From NCBI GenBank assembly GCA_963724765.1, contig CAVRVY010000002.1, forward strand, positions 448,001-512,000: a DNA stretch of 64,000 nt, read 5' to 3'. Below the pieces are notes generated by a model, which did not search any database, was not told where the DNA came from, and saw only the letters and a program-made list of their open reading frames with translations. A program made the translations under genes and the position numbers. This DNA comes from an uncultured delta proteobacterium. GTDB lineage: Bacteria; Desulfobacterota; Binatia; Binatales; Binataceae. Positions 31,322 through 41,739 of the stretch are shown one piece after another (position 1 is the stretch's first letter; each line of letters starts with the position of its first letter).

Positions 31322-32706
31322 TGGCTATGCAGCAATCGGATGCATTCGTCTTCTTCGGCGCCACTGGCGATCTGGCTTTCATACAGATATTTCCCGCGCT
31401 GCAACGCCTGGTCCGCGACGAGGGACTCAACGTGCCGATCATCGGCGTCGCCAAGGCCGGCTGGAATCTCGATCAGCTCAAGGCGCGCGCCAAGGACAGC
31501 CTCGACCACCACGGCGGGGCCGATCCGGATGCGTGGCGGAAACTGTCGGACCTGCTGCGCTATGTGGATGGTGATTACAAGGATTCAGCGACCTTTGACC
31601 GACTGCGCAAAGAACTGGGTGACGCCAAGCGGCCGCTCCATTACCTCGCTGTTCCGCCCAGCATGTTCGCCACGGTAGTCGAAGGACTCGCCAAGTCCGG
31701 CTGCGCCGCCAATGCACGAGTGGTAGTCGAAAAGCCATTTGGCCACGACCTTTCCTCCGCGCGGGAATTGAACAAGCTCCTGCACCGGCACTTTCCGGAA
31801 GACGCCATCTTCCGCACCGATCACTTCCTCGGCAAGGAGCCGGTGCAGAACATTCTCTATACTCGCTTTGCCAATCCCGTATTCGAGCCGCTCTGGAACC
31901 GTATCTATGTGCGCAGTATCCAGATCACCTTGGCCGAGAATATGGGTGTGCAGGACCGCGGCAGATTCTACGACGAGACCGGGGCTATCCGCGACGTGCT
32001 TCAAAACCACCTGCTTCAGGTGCTCGCTAATCTCACCATGGATCCGCCGACGGGCGAGGAGCACGATGCGGTGCGAGACGAGAAGGCTCGGCTGCTGAAG
32101 GCGGTTCGTCCGGCCGCGCCCGAGCACGTCGTACGCGGTCAATACCGCGGCTATCTCACAGTGCCGGGCGTTAATCCCGCCTCCACCGTCGAGACCTTCG
32201 TCGCGGTCAAGCTGTATATCGATACCTGGCGATGGGCCGGCGTGCCAATCTACATTCGTGCCGGCAAGGAACTGCCAGTCACCGCAACTGAGGCGGTGGT
32301 CGAGTTCCGGCGGCCGCCGCGCGAGACGTTTGGGGAAATCGTACCGTCGCTTTCCAGCCGCGTACGGATGCGGATAAGCCCGGACATAAACATCGGCATG
32401 GGTTTGCGGGTGAAGGCGCCGGGCGAGAGCATGGTGGGTAACGACGTCGAGCTTATCCTCACCAGGCAAGCCGCCGTGGACATGCCGCCGTATCAACGCT
32501 TGTTGGGCGACGCGATGCACGGCATCGGTGAACTCTTTGCGCGCGAGGACTTCGTTGAGGCCGAATGGCGCGTGGTCGACCCGTTCCTGGGCAACGTGAC
32601 GCCGCTGTATCCCTACGAGCCGGGCAGTTGGGGCCCAGAAGAGGCCGCACAGCTAATCGGCTCCGACGGGCCATGGCTCAATCCAAAACCTGCCGAAGCA
32701 AAGTGA
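31321..32706 (+). CDS. zwf: Glucose-6-phosphate 1-dehydrogenase
   Basis: FGATGDLA, EKPFG, RTDHFLGKE, RWAGVPIYIRAGK. Confidence 0.96.
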   Translation: MAMQQSDAFVFFGATGDLAFIQIFPALQRLVRDEGLNVPIIGVAKAGWNLDQLKARAKDSLDHHGGADPDAWRKLSDLLRYVDGDYKDSATFDRLRKELGDAKRPLHYLAVPPSMFATVVEGLAKSGCAANARVVVEKPFGHDLSSARELNKLLHRHFPEDAIFRTDHFLGKEPVQNILYTRFANPVFEPLWNRIYVRSIQITLAENMGVQDRGRFYDETGAIRDVLQNHLLQVLANLTMDPPTGEEHDAVRDEKARLLKAVRPAAPEHVVRGQYRGYLTVPGVNPASTVETFVAVKLYIDTWRWAGVPIYIRAGKELPVTATEAVVEFRRPPRETFGEIVPSLSSRVRMRISPDINIGMGLRVKAPGESMVGNDVELILTRQAAVDMPPYQRLLGDAMHGIGELFAREDFVEAEWRVVDPFLGNVTPLYPYEPGSWGPEEAAQLIGSDGPWLNPKPAEAK

Positions 32707-32724
32707 TGAAGCCTGGCCAAGAGA

Positions 32725-34455
32725 TTGCAAGAGATTGAAAGACAGCGGAAGGAGCCTCTGGAGGCTGGACTCACCCACGCGGATGACCGTGTTCGCCTGA
32801 GTGAGTGGCTCCCGCCGCAATGGGGTGAGATGCCACGCATCCGCTTTTGGAAGCGGTGGTACAATGTGCTTTGGATCATCCCCCTGGGGATCGCCGGTTT
32901 GGTTATCGGCGTCGCGCTCGCACAAGATCTGCGCCAAAACAATCTGGCCGTACAGCAATTCATCGCGCGCTATCCAGGCATCAGCGCCGCGCCCAGGTAC
33001 TACAACGGCTTTCCGGTGTGGTTGCGATGGCAGCATTTTTTCAACCTCTTTCTGATGTTTCTCATCATCCGGGCAGGCATCCAGATCCTCGCCGACCATC
33101 CCCGCCTATACTGGAATCGAGACTGCACGCCGGGCACCGAATGGTTCCGTTTTCAGCACGAAGTTCCCAAAGATCGGATCTGGACCTCCAAGGACGACTC
33201 GATAGCCCTGCCGGGATGGTTCGGCATTCCGGGCATCCGCCATTCCATCGGACTCGCCCGCTGGTGGCACTTTTCCTGCGACCTGTTATGGGTGCTTAAT
33301 GGCGCGGTCTTCTATGTGCTGCTGTTCACGACTTATCAGTGGCAGCGTATCGTGCCGCAGACATGGACGGTCTTTCCCAACGCGCTCTCGACCGCGATTC
33401 AATACGCTTCGCTGAACTTTCCCGCGGACCAAGGCTGGATTCGCTACAACGGCGCACAGCTACTGTCTTACTTCATCACCGTGTTCATCGCCGCCCCGTT
33501 GGCGATCGTCACCGGCCTGATGATGGCGCCGGCGGTCGCCAATCGGCTCGGCTGGTTTGGCCGGATTTTCCACCGGCAGGTCGCGCGCTCGATCCATTTT
33601 CTGGTGCTGTGCTGGTTCGTGTTCTTCATCTTCATCCACGTGTCGATGATCTTCGTGACCGGTCTGCGTCAGAATCTGAATCACATGTTCGCCGGTGTGA
33701 ACGGCAATCGTCCGGAAGGGTTCATTATTTTCTGCCTCGCGATGCTGGTGGTGATGGTGGTGTGGTTTGTGGCTTCGCCCTTGACGCTCAGGCATACCCG
33801 CCTGATCCAGAAAACCGGCGAGTTCATGGTCGGCTGGCTCAAGGGAATCGCCGAATGGTGGGATCCGAACAATCAATATACCGGGAAGGACATATCGCCT
33901 CGCTTCTGGCCCAACGGCACCATGCTGAATTCTGAGGAGTTCAACGCACTGGTCAGGAATGGGTTTGCCAATTACAGCTTGCGGATCGATGGGCTGGTCG
34001 AGAATCCGCAGGTGTTCTCCTTCGCGGAGCTCAAAGCGATGCCCAAGCAGGAACAAATCACCGAACACTTTTGCATCCAGGGCTGGTCAGGGGTCGCGAA
34101 ATGGGGCGGGATTCCCATGCGCCATATCCTCGAAATCGTGAAGCCCATGCCCGACGCCCGCTACGCCGTCTTCTATTCATTCTCCGAAGGTCGCGCCGGC
34201 GGCCGCTATTATGACGCGCACAAGATCGAGAACATGCGGCACCACCTGACGATCCTGGCTTACGAGATGAACGGAGCCCCGGTCAGCGTGCTCCACGGAG
34301 CGCCGCTGCGGCTGCGCTGTGAGAACGAGCTGGGTTTCAAGATGGTCAAGTGGATCGAAGCCATCGAATTCGTAAACGACTTCGCCCACCTCGGTGCCGG
34401 CCAGGGTGGCTACAGCGAGGACCACGAATTCTATGGTTACCGGATGCCCATCTGA
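32725..34455 (+). CDS. Cytochrome b-like membrane domain fused to a sulfite-oxidase-family molybdopterin domain
   Basis: TM His residues (WQHFFN, WWHF, IHF, IHV), HFCIQGWS Mo-ligand Cys, HGAPLRL, GFKMVKWI. Confidence 0.85.
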   Translation: MQEIERQRKEPLEAGLTHADDRVRLSEWLPPQWGEMPRIRFWKRWYNVLWIIPLGIAGLVIGVALAQDLRQNNLAVQQFIARYPGISAAPRYYNGFPVWLRWQHFFNLFLMFLIIRAGIQILADHPRLYWNRDCTPGTEWFRFQHEVPKDRIWTSKDDSIALPGWFGIPGIRHSIGLARWWHFSCDLLWVLNGAVFYVLLFTTYQWQRIVPQTWTVFPNALSTAIQYASLNFPADQGWIRYNGAQLLSYFITVFIAAPLAIVTGLMMAPAVANRLGWFGRIFHRQVARSIHFLVLCWFVFFIFIHVSMIFVTGLRQNLNHMFAGVNGNRPEGFIIFCLAMLVVMVVWFVASPLTLRHTRLIQKTGEFMVGWLKGIAEWWDPNNQYTGKDISPRFWPNGTMLNSEEFNALVRNGFANYSLRIDGLVENPQVFSFAELKAMPKQEQITEHFCIQGWSGVAKWGGIPMRHILEIVKPMPDARYAVFYSFSEGRAGGRYYDAHKIENMRHHLTILAYEMNGAPVSVLHGAPLRLRCENELGFKMVKWIEAIEFVNDFAHLGAGQGGYSEDHEFYGYRMPI

Positions 34456-34745
34456 CGCTGATTTCCCAGGGCGGGGAGATAAACGAGATAAAGAAGTTGG
34501 GGCCTGGTTCCCTCACGCAATCTTAGTCGCTGGACTGGCCATTGCGCTCTACCTCGAGCGTCGTCCTCGCGAGGACCAGGCGCGCGGCGCTTCGTGCGCG
34601 AGACCAGCTACCGCGATATAGAACGGCCGCTCTCGGCGCCACTCCAAACACCGTGAAGCGAAGCCCGGGCTGGAACGGTGCGTGTTCATTCCGCCTGGTC
34701 CTGGTGCGAGCTTGAGTCGCGATCCAAACATGGAGATTCCGGTCG

Positions 34746-35042
34746 TTAACCGCTGGTTTCGGGAACGATGTCGACGAGTTCATCGAAGAAGTGTTCCGAC
34801 TCCGGCTTCGGTCCCGCTAAATCCAGACTCGGCATAGTTCGCTGCGCCATCTCCCATATTTCTTTGCTTGGCCAGCGTGTCATTCCAAAAAAATGTTGGG
34901 AATTTTCCGAGCTCCGCAGAAGAATACTTCCCATCGCACCTTCGCAGCTCGCCTGAATCTTCAGGGTACCTTCCTCCCACGTTCGAATGAATTCCGCTTC
35001 GTCTCCCTCTTTCACGGTCCAGCGATACATGACTCGGATCAT
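34746..35042 (-). CDS. Antibiotic biosynthesis monooxygenase (ABM) family protein
   Basis: MYRWTVKEGDEAEFIRTW...GAMGSILLRS...RWPSKE. Confidence 0.75.
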   Translation of the reverse strand: MIRVMYRWTVKEGDEAEFIRTWEEGTLKIQASCEGAMGSILLRSSENSQHFFGMTRWPSKEIWEMAQRTMPSLDLAGPKPESEHFFDELVDIVPETSG

Positions 35043-35228
35043 TAAGAGAACCTCCGCCGAGCGTATTCTACGAATCATCGCGTTTTCCTCGACTCCCTAA
35101 CAGTCTCCTCCCGGACAAAAGAGTTCCCGTTCGGCGCGCTTAGTTCTCTATGGAACCAACTCGCATCGCGGGCATTCTGGTACGGACATCGAGATAGAGC
35201 GAGGATTCGACAGATAGAACGCCGATCC

Positions 35229-35270
35229 ATAGCTGTGAACTATCGGCGCAATAGAAACAAAGTATTGGCG
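35229..35270 (+). promoter_or_regulatory. LysR-type tetramer box, copy 2 (upstream of the GT4 gene cluster)
   Basis: Same ATAG/CTAT/ATAG/GTAT spacing; the 20-mer ATAGAAACAAAGTATTGGCG is identical to 27017-27036. Confidence 0.75.
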
Positions 35271-35486
35271 GTAAGTGGAACGCGAGCATAACGATTAGAG
35301 GCAAGAGCTACGAGGCGGCTGATGCTGTGGCCGAGTCTACGCACGCGAACTCCTCTCAGTGCTTCGGGTTCGCGGCTTTCTTCTTTGCCGCCGATTTCGG
35401 TTTTCGCAATGTTACGTTTAGGCAAAAAAGCACCACTCCCCGCTGCCCAGCGCAAAGCGTCAAAAACGAGAGCCTGAGGGGCTTGT

Positions 35487-36713
35487 ATGAGACCACCTGA
35501 TTTCCGTTCCATCCGGAAAGAAATTCGCCACCCACTTCGCATTGCGCAGGTGGCTCCCCTTTATGAAAGCGTTCCCCCAAAACTCTACGGAGGGACTGAG
35601 CGCGTCGTCGCTTACCTGACCGAAGAGCTTGTACGCCGCGGTCACGAGGTGACGCTGTTCGCGTCAGGTGATTCCACGGCAAAGTCGAAGATCCAAGCGA
35701 CATATCCTGCCGCGCTCAGAACGGCCGGCCTCGCTCACATGGGATCGAGCCTGCAGTTGGCTGCACTCAGTGAGGTTTTCGATCGTTCCGATCGCTTCGA
35801 CATCATCCACTGTCACGTCGATTACTGGAGCTTTCCATTCGGACGGTTGATAGCAACTCCCACCGTCACCACGCTCCACGGGCGGTTAGATATCGAAGAG
35901 CTGTTCGGAGTATATCGTTACTATTCAGACGCTCCGGTTGTATCCATCAGCGACGCGCAACGCGCTCCCCTGCCGGAACTGAACTGGATCGACACCGTTT
36001 ATCATGGCCTGCCGAAGGAACAGTTGCGGTTTAATCCGGGACCCGGCAAGTACCTGGCGTTTCTGGGGCGGATCGCACCCGAAAAGCGGCCAGACCTTGC
36101 GATCGAGATAGCCCGCCGGGCCGGGGTTCCGCTTAAGATCGCTGCCAAGGTTGACGTTGTCGACCGGGACTATTTCGAGTCCCACATCCGTCCCCTCATT
36201 GATTCGCGCAACGTTGAATTCATCGGTGAGATAGGCGAACGTGAAAAAAGTGAATTCTTGGGCGATGCGCTGGCGCTCCTGTTTCCGATTGATTGGCCCG
36301 AGCCTTTCGGGCTCGTGATGAGCGAAGCGCTAGCGTGCGGCACCCCGGTGATCGCACGCCCGTGCGGCTCCGTCCCCGAGATCCTGGACCATGGTGAGAC
36401 CGGTTTTGTAGCATCTTCGTTGGACGACCTGGTCCACGCTGTACGCAAAGTTAGTGGTATCGCGCGGCGCAAATGCCGCGAAGTGTTCGAAGCGCGCTTC
36501 ACGGCTGACGCGATGGCGGCCAATTATGAGCGGATTTACTATCAGCTGATCAGCGCTGGCCGAGCACGGTCGTCACGAAATGGCGCGGGGCCGGCACGTA
36601 ACCTGATGGAGGCGGCGGGGGGCCATGAAGAGGATCTGTCCCAGGACAGGTTGCTCGTCGAGCCGGGGCTCGCGTCTCTGCCCCCGGATACTAAGCCTGG
36701 GTTTGGACTCTGA
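35487..36713 (+). CDS. Glycosyltransferase family 4
   Basis: VPPKLYGGTERVV, FLGRIAPEK, WPEPFGLVMSEALACGTPVI. Confidence 0.92.
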   Translation: MRPPDFRSIRKEIRHPLRIAQVAPLYESVPPKLYGGTERVVAYLTEELVRRGHEVTLFASGDSTAKSKIQATYPAALRTAGLAHMGSSLQLAALSEVFDRSDRFDIIHCHVDYWSFPFGRLIATPTVTTLHGRLDIEELFGVYRYYSDAPVVSISDAQRAPLPELNWIDTVYHGLPKEQLRFNPGPGKYLAFLGRIAPEKRPDLAIEIARRAGVPLKIAAKVDVVDRDYFESHIRPLIDSRNVEFIGEIGEREKSEFLGDALALLFPIDWPEPFGLVMSEALACGTPVIARPCGSVPEILDHGETGFVASSLDDLVHAVRKVSGIARRKCREVFEARFTADAMAANYERIYYQLISAGRARSSRNGAGPARNLMEAAGGHEEDLSQDRLLVEPGLASLPPDTKPGFGL

Positions 36714-36740
36714 CGTTCTGGCGCGCGCGAGGACCTGACA

Positions 36741-38270
36741 ATGGCAGAAGAAAAAGACCTGACGGGCCCTGACCTCAATCGAGGTATCTCTCTCACTGAG
36801 CTCACCGACGGCAGCATGCTGCAGGGTTACGCAAAAGAGGAGCCGATTCTCGTGGCTCGACGCGGCGACGACTACTTCGCTATAGGCGCAATCTGTACAC
36901 ACTATGGCGCTCCGCTGGTCACGGGCCTCATCGTCGACGACACCGTGCGTTGCCCATGGCACCACGCCTGTTTCAGTCTTCGCACGGGAGCGGCGGTGCG
37001 CTCGCCGGCGCTTGACCCGGTGACCTGCTGGAAGGTTGAGACGCGCGACGGCAAGCTCTTCGTGCGCGACAAGGCGCCCGAAAAGAAACCGCGGAGGGCC
37101 GGCTCTGCGAAAATGCCGGAGAAAGTTGTGGTCGTAGGCGGCGGCGCGGCAGGGAACGCCGCGGCCGAAATGTTACGGCGTGAAGGATATCGCGGCGACC
37201 TGACCCTGCTCAGCGCGGATGACAGCGTTCCTTACGATCGTCCAACTCTGTCGAAGGACTTTCTTAACGGAAGCGTGGGCGAGAAAATGATTCCGCTCCG
37301 CTCCAGGGATTTTTACAAACAGCACGAGATCGAACTGGTGTTGAAGACCCGGGTCGAGGCGATCGATCCGCGGAACAAATCTGTTCAACTCGCCGATGGC
37401 AAGCGGCGCAAGTTTGATGCGCTTCTCCTTGCGACCGGGGCCGAGCCAGTGAAGCTTAAGGTTCCCGGCGCGGACCTCGCGCAGGTTTGTTATCTGCGCT
37501 CGCGCAGTGATTGCCGGGCGATCCTGGCCAAGGCGAGTAAAGCTAAACGCGTCGTCCTCATAGGCGCGAGCTTCATCGCGATGGAGGTCGCGGCTTCTCT
37601 AATTCAGCGAAAGCTCGAGGTTCACGTCGTCGCGCCTGAAGAGTTTCCGATGGCAACGGTGCTAGGGCCGCAGGTAGGCGAATACCTGCGCCGCCTGCAC
37701 GAACGCAACGGCGTGGTGTTCCATCTCCAACAGGGCGTTGTCTCGATCGACGAACGCAAAGTAACGCTCAAGGATGGCCACACCGTTAACGCCGACCTGG
37801 TCGTGATCGGGATCGGCGTCAAACCGCTGATCGATCTTGCCGAACGCGCCGGAATCAGGACGGATCGTGGCGTGTCGGTGAACGAGCACCTCGAAACCAG
37901 CATCCCAGGCATCTTCGCCGCGGGTGACATCGCGCGCTGGCCGGATCCGCTGACCGGGGACAATATTCGCGTCGAGCACTGGGTGGTGGCAGAACGACAG
38001 GGACAGACCGCGGCGCGGAATATACTCGGCCGGGGCGAGCGCTTCGATGCCGTGCCATTCTTCTGGACTAGCCAGTTCGATTTTACCCTCAATTACATCG
38101 GTCACGCCGAAAAGTGGGATAAGCTCGATTTGGATGGCAGTATCGAAGATCACGACTGCAAGCTCTCATTTCAGCGAGCCGGAAAGACATTGGCCGTGGC
38201 CACCATTGGACGTGACCGCGAGAGCCTCGAGAACGAAGTTGCAATGGAGCGATCCGGCCGACGCGTCTAA
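36741..38270 (+). CDS. Rieske [2Fe-2S] + FAD-dependent reductase fusion (AIF3-like)
   Basis: CTH...CPWH, GGGAAG, PYDRPTLSK, AAGDIA, VPFFW. Confidence 0.92.
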   Translation: MAEEKDLTGPDLNRGISLTELTDGSMLQGYAKEEPILVARRGDDYFAIGAICTHYGAPLVTGLIVDDTVRCPWHHACFSLRTGAAVRSPALDPVTCWKVETRDGKLFVRDKAPEKKPRRAGSAKMPEKVVVVGGGAAGNAAAEMLRREGYRGDLTLLSADDSVPYDRPTLSKDFLNGSVGEKMIPLRSRDFYKQHEIELVLKTRVEAIDPRNKSVQLADGKRRKFDALLLATGAEPVKLKVPGADLAQVCYLRSRSDCRAILAKASKAKRVVLIGASFIAMEVAASLIQRKLEVHVVAPEEFPMATVLGPQVGEYLRRLHERNGVVFHLQQGVVSIDERKVTLKDGHTVNADLVVIGIGVKPLIDLAERAGIRTDRGVSVNEHLETSIPGIFAAGDIARWPDPLTGDNIRVEHWVVAERQGQTAARNILGRGERFDAVPFFWTSQFDFTLNYIGHAEKWDKLDLDGSIEDHDCKLSFQRAGKTLAVATIGRDRESLENEVAMERSGRRV

Positions 38271-38389
38271 ACTGAGTTGCAACGGGACGCATGACCAGCG
38301 AGAAAGCATTGGACCCCAAGGGCAGAGTTAGCGCCGATCACGGGCCGAGCCGAGGACCCGGATCGCGCTAAAGAGCGCGGAATCAGACT

Positions 38390-40537
38390 ATGGCGGTAGA
38401 AATCAATATCGGGCCTCCACTCCTGACCATCAATCACGGCAGCACTTTCATGGTGAGCGATCTCAATGGCGAGATCGCCGCCGATAGCGAACAGGGGGTG
38501 TTTGCAAGAGACACGCGTTTTGTCAGCTACTATGCGATCTTCGTCAACGGAGTGACGTGGACGCGGCTCACTTCCAGCACGGTAACCTATTACGGCGCGC
38601 GAATATACCTGAAGAACAAGGCGTTCCATACCCTGGATGGCGACGTGCCGGTTGGCACTTTGGCGCTGGTGATCAGTCGCTCTGCTTCCGAAGGCATCCA
38701 CGAGGACTTCGACTTGAGCAATCACGGGCTCACGCCGGTCCGCGTGACCCTCGAAGTGGTCCTGCGGTCCGATTTTGCGGACCTGTTCGAAGTGAAGTCT
38801 CATCAGTTCATGCGTCGCGGACGAATCGAAACGGAGTGGGACGCGAAACGCCACGAGTTGCGAACCCGTTATACCCACCGCGATTTCAAGCGTACCTTCA
38901 TTTACCGGGCGAAGTCCGAGCCTCCGCCGGTTTATGCCAACGGGCGGCTTAATTTCGAGATCGATCTCCAGCCAGGCGCCTCATGGCATGCCTGCTCTGA
39001 GTATTGGCTGGCCGAGGATGCTCAAATGCATGCCCCCGCTCGCGGCTGTCTCCTCGGCTCGGATCAGACCAGGTTTGATTCTCTTCATCAGGAGTCAATA
39101 CGCCAGGCGACCACGCTGACCTCGGCCAATGAGGACATTTACCGGCTCTATCAGCAATCGGTCGACGATATGTGTGCGCTAAGGCTTCATGACCAGGATC
39201 TGGCGCACGATGTCTGGGTGCCCGCGGCCGGAGTGCCCTGGTTCGTGACCCTCTTCGGCCGCGACAGCCTTATTGCCAGCCTGCAAAACATGATGGTGGA
39301 CCCGGCCTTCGCCCGCGGCGCGCTCAAGAAGCTGGCGGAATTCCAAGCCACCGAAAGCGATGATTACCGCGACGCGGATCCGGGCAAGATCCTGCACGAG
39401 ATCCGTTTTGGCGAACTCGCCCACTTCCATCGCATCCCGCACACGCCGTACTACGGCACGGCCGACGCGACCCCGCTTTATCTGATAGCGCTGCACGAGG
39501 CCTGGAAATGGACTGGCGACGACGCGTTGATCCGCGAGTATCGCGACGTGGCGGTGCGCTGCCTGGAATGGATCGATCGCTATGGCGACCTCGATGGCGA
39601 CGGGTTCCAGGAATACCAGACCCGCTCCTCGCAGGGCTGTGAGAACCAGAGTTGGAAGGATTCGGGTAGCGCAATCGTATATCCCGACGGCTCTCAGGTG
39701 AAAGCACCCAAGGCGTTGTGCGAACTGCAGGGCTACGTGTTCGACGCCTGGATGCGGATGGCAGAGCTGTTCGACCAACTCGGCGAGGCTCCGCGGGTGA
39801 GTGAGCTGCGCCGCAAGGCCGCGGAGCTCCGCCGCAAATTCGAGGAGCAGTTCTGGTGCGAGGACATCGGTTTCTATGCCTTCACACTGGACCCCGACAA
39901 GCACCCGGTGCGCACCATCGCCTCCAATCCGGGACATTTGTTGTGGAGCGGGATAGCCTCTCCTGAGCACGCTGCCCGAGTCGTCAAGCGGCTGATGGAA
40001 CCCGATATGTGGAGCGGCTGGGGTATCCGCACCCTTTCCGTACACAATCCCGCTTACAACCCTTTTTCCTACCAGCGTGGTGCGGTCTGGCCTCACGACA
40101 ACGGCATCATCGCCCTTGGTTTCAAACGCTATGGATTTGCCGCCGAGGCCGCTCGTATCGCCCGCGACATCTCCGGGGCAGCGGGCTATTTCGTGAGCTA
40201 CCAGCTGCCCGAGCTCTACGCGGGAATTAAACGCGAGGCGGGCACCTTCCCAGTGCAATATCCCGGCGCGAACGTTCCGCAAGCATGGGCCGCAGGAAGC
40301 GTCTTTCACCTGCTGCGGGCGATTCTCGGGCTGCATGCGGACGCGCCCAACGGCCGCCTGTACGTCAATCCCACGTTGCCAACATGGCTCCCGGAACTGA
40401 CGCTGCGCGGACTGACGGTGGGCAAGGCCAAAGTTGATCTGCGATTTTCGCTAGAAGGTGAGACCACGAAGTGGGAAGCCACCGTTAAGCAAGGCTCGCT
40501 TCAGGTCCAGAAGAAGCCCTGGGGACCCTGGCCATAG
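38390..40537 (+). CDS. Amylo-alpha-1,6-glucosidase (glycogen debranching enzyme)
   Basis: AAGVPWFVTLFGRDS, PGKILHE, YYGTADATPL, WKDS, GAVWPHDN, LPELY, PQAWAAG. Confidence 0.92.
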   Translation: MAVEINIGPPLLTINHGSTFMVSDLNGEIAADSEQGVFARDTRFVSYYAIFVNGVTWTRLTSSTVTYYGARIYLKNKAFHTLDGDVPVGTLALVISRSASEGIHEDFDLSNHGLTPVRVTLEVVLRSDFADLFEVKSHQFMRRGRIETEWDAKRHELRTRYTHRDFKRTFIYRAKSEPPPVYANGRLNFEIDLQPGASWHACSEYWLAEDAQMHAPARGCLLGSDQTRFDSLHQESIRQATTLTSANEDIYRLYQQSVDDMCALRLHDQDLAHDVWVPAAGVPWFVTLFGRDSLIASLQNMMVDPAFARGALKKLAEFQATESDDYRDADPGKILHEIRFGELAHFHRIPHTPYYGTADATPLYLIALHEAWKWTGDDALIREYRDVAVRCLEWIDRYGDLDGDGFQEYQTRSSQGCENQSWKDSGSAIVYPDGSQVKAPKALCELQGYVFDAWMRMAELFDQLGEAPRVSELRRKAAELRRKFEEQFWCEDIGFYAFTLDPDKHPVRTIASNPGHLLWSGIASPEHAARVVKRLMEPDMWSGWGIRTLSVHNPAYNPFSYQRGAVWPHDNGIIALGFKRYGFAAEAARIARDISGAAGYFVSYQLPELYAGIKREAGTFPVQYPGANVPQAWAAGSVFHLLRAILGLHADAPNGRLYVNPTLPTWLPELTLRGLTVGKAKVDLRFSLEGETTKWEATVKQGSLQVQKKPWGPWP

Positions 40538-40659
40538 ATGAGCGGCATGAAAGCGATCGCATTCACTCCAGGCGAGGCAGGGCCGGACGCCTGATCGACG
40601 TTACGGAGTGGCAGAAATCACTCGCGAACCAGAAGCTGAAGATAAAAAGAAAGACCGCC

Positions 40660-41025
40660 ATGGTGCATATCAAACGCGCTTACGACCCTGCTTCGCGTGG
40701 TGACGGCACACGTATCCTGGTCGACCGTTTGTGGCCGCGAGGCCTGAAGAAAGAAGAAGTGGACGTGGCCAAGTGGATGAAGGAGCTTGGGCCGAGCACA
40801 GAATTGCGCAAATCTTTCGGCCACGATCCGGCGCATTGGAAGGAGTTTCGCCGGCGCTACAAGGCCGAATTGAGAAGACCCCAGGCGCGCGAGATGCTGA
40901 AAGAGATCTCCAAGGCGGCTGTCCACGGCACCGTGACCCTCGTCTACAGCGCAAAGGACGAGGAACACAATCAGGCGGTCGTCATAAAAGAAGTTTTAGG
41001 AGCGCATCGAGACGCTTCGGCCTGA
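40660..41025 (+). CDS. DUF488 family (YeaO-like)
   Basis: KRAYD...DGTRILVDRLWPRG...PSTELRK.FGH...HNQAVV. Confidence 0.9.
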   Translation: MVHIKRAYDPASRGDGTRILVDRLWPRGLKKEEVDVAKWMKELGPSTELRKSFGHDPAHWKEFRRRYKAELRRPQAREMLKEISKAAVHGTVTLVYSAKDEEHNQAVVIKEVLGAHRDASA

Positions 41026-41124
41026 AAATCTCTTACAGTTTGAACCATCGATCGCGAAAGGCGCGTGCTGACCCAACGTACTCAGACGCGCAGCGCCTCG
41101 CGATGCCGGCCAATTAGTTGTCCG

Positions 41125-41739
41125 CTACTGCGGGGGCGGGAGACATGGCAGCTTGTGCACAGCGGAGTAACGATACACACGGCCGTTCCATTGGAAGCTC
41201 CCAAACTCCGGGCCAAACGCCATATTAAGCGCGTTAAGTTGATCCTGCTCCGTCGCCCCGCGCGCGTCGGCCGGTGCGTAGGCGACGTAGGTCACCGAAT
41301 CAGGCGTCAGTGCACGCTGCAGCGGCGGCTGAAAATCCATTTTGATGAAATTCCCCGCCTGTAGCCACCCGGCGGCATCCGCATGCCGGTTCGGCATCGG
41401 AACCCATTGCGGATCGACATCCGTGCCGCCGAGGCCTAGAGAGCGATAGCGGGTGGTGCCGGCTTTATCGGTGCGGAGCTCGACCAGCGAGGGAACATTA
41501 GAGCTAAACTCAGAGGCGAGATCATCACAGACCTCTGTTTCCCGCCGGGTCTGTTGATCTTCGCCGTTGAAAATGAGCGAAAGAAAACCACATCCCGAGG
41601 TCGTGAGCGCGAGGCCTCCGCACATAAGCGCGAGCTGCATCAATGCGGAACGGCGCGATATGCTGGCGACGCGAAGTCCGTGTAAAAATCGCACGCGCCG
41701 TGTCAGGCGCGGGCGTGGAACCTCAGTTTCTCCCCGCAT
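41125..41739 (-). CDS. Hypothetical lipoprotein (start uncertain)
   Basis: SRRSAL..hydrophobic stretch..TSGC lipobox-like motif. Confidence 0.55.
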   Translation of the reverse strand: MRGETEVPRPRLTRRVRFLHGLRVASISRRSALMQLALMCGGLALTTSGCGFLSLIFNGEDQQTRRETEVCDDLASEFSSNVPSLVELRTDKAGTTRYRSLGLGGTDVDPQWVPMPNRHADAAGWLQAGNFIKMDFQPPLQRALTPDSVTYVAYAPADARGATEQDQLNALNMAFGPEFGSFQWNGRVYRYSAVHKLPCLPPPQ

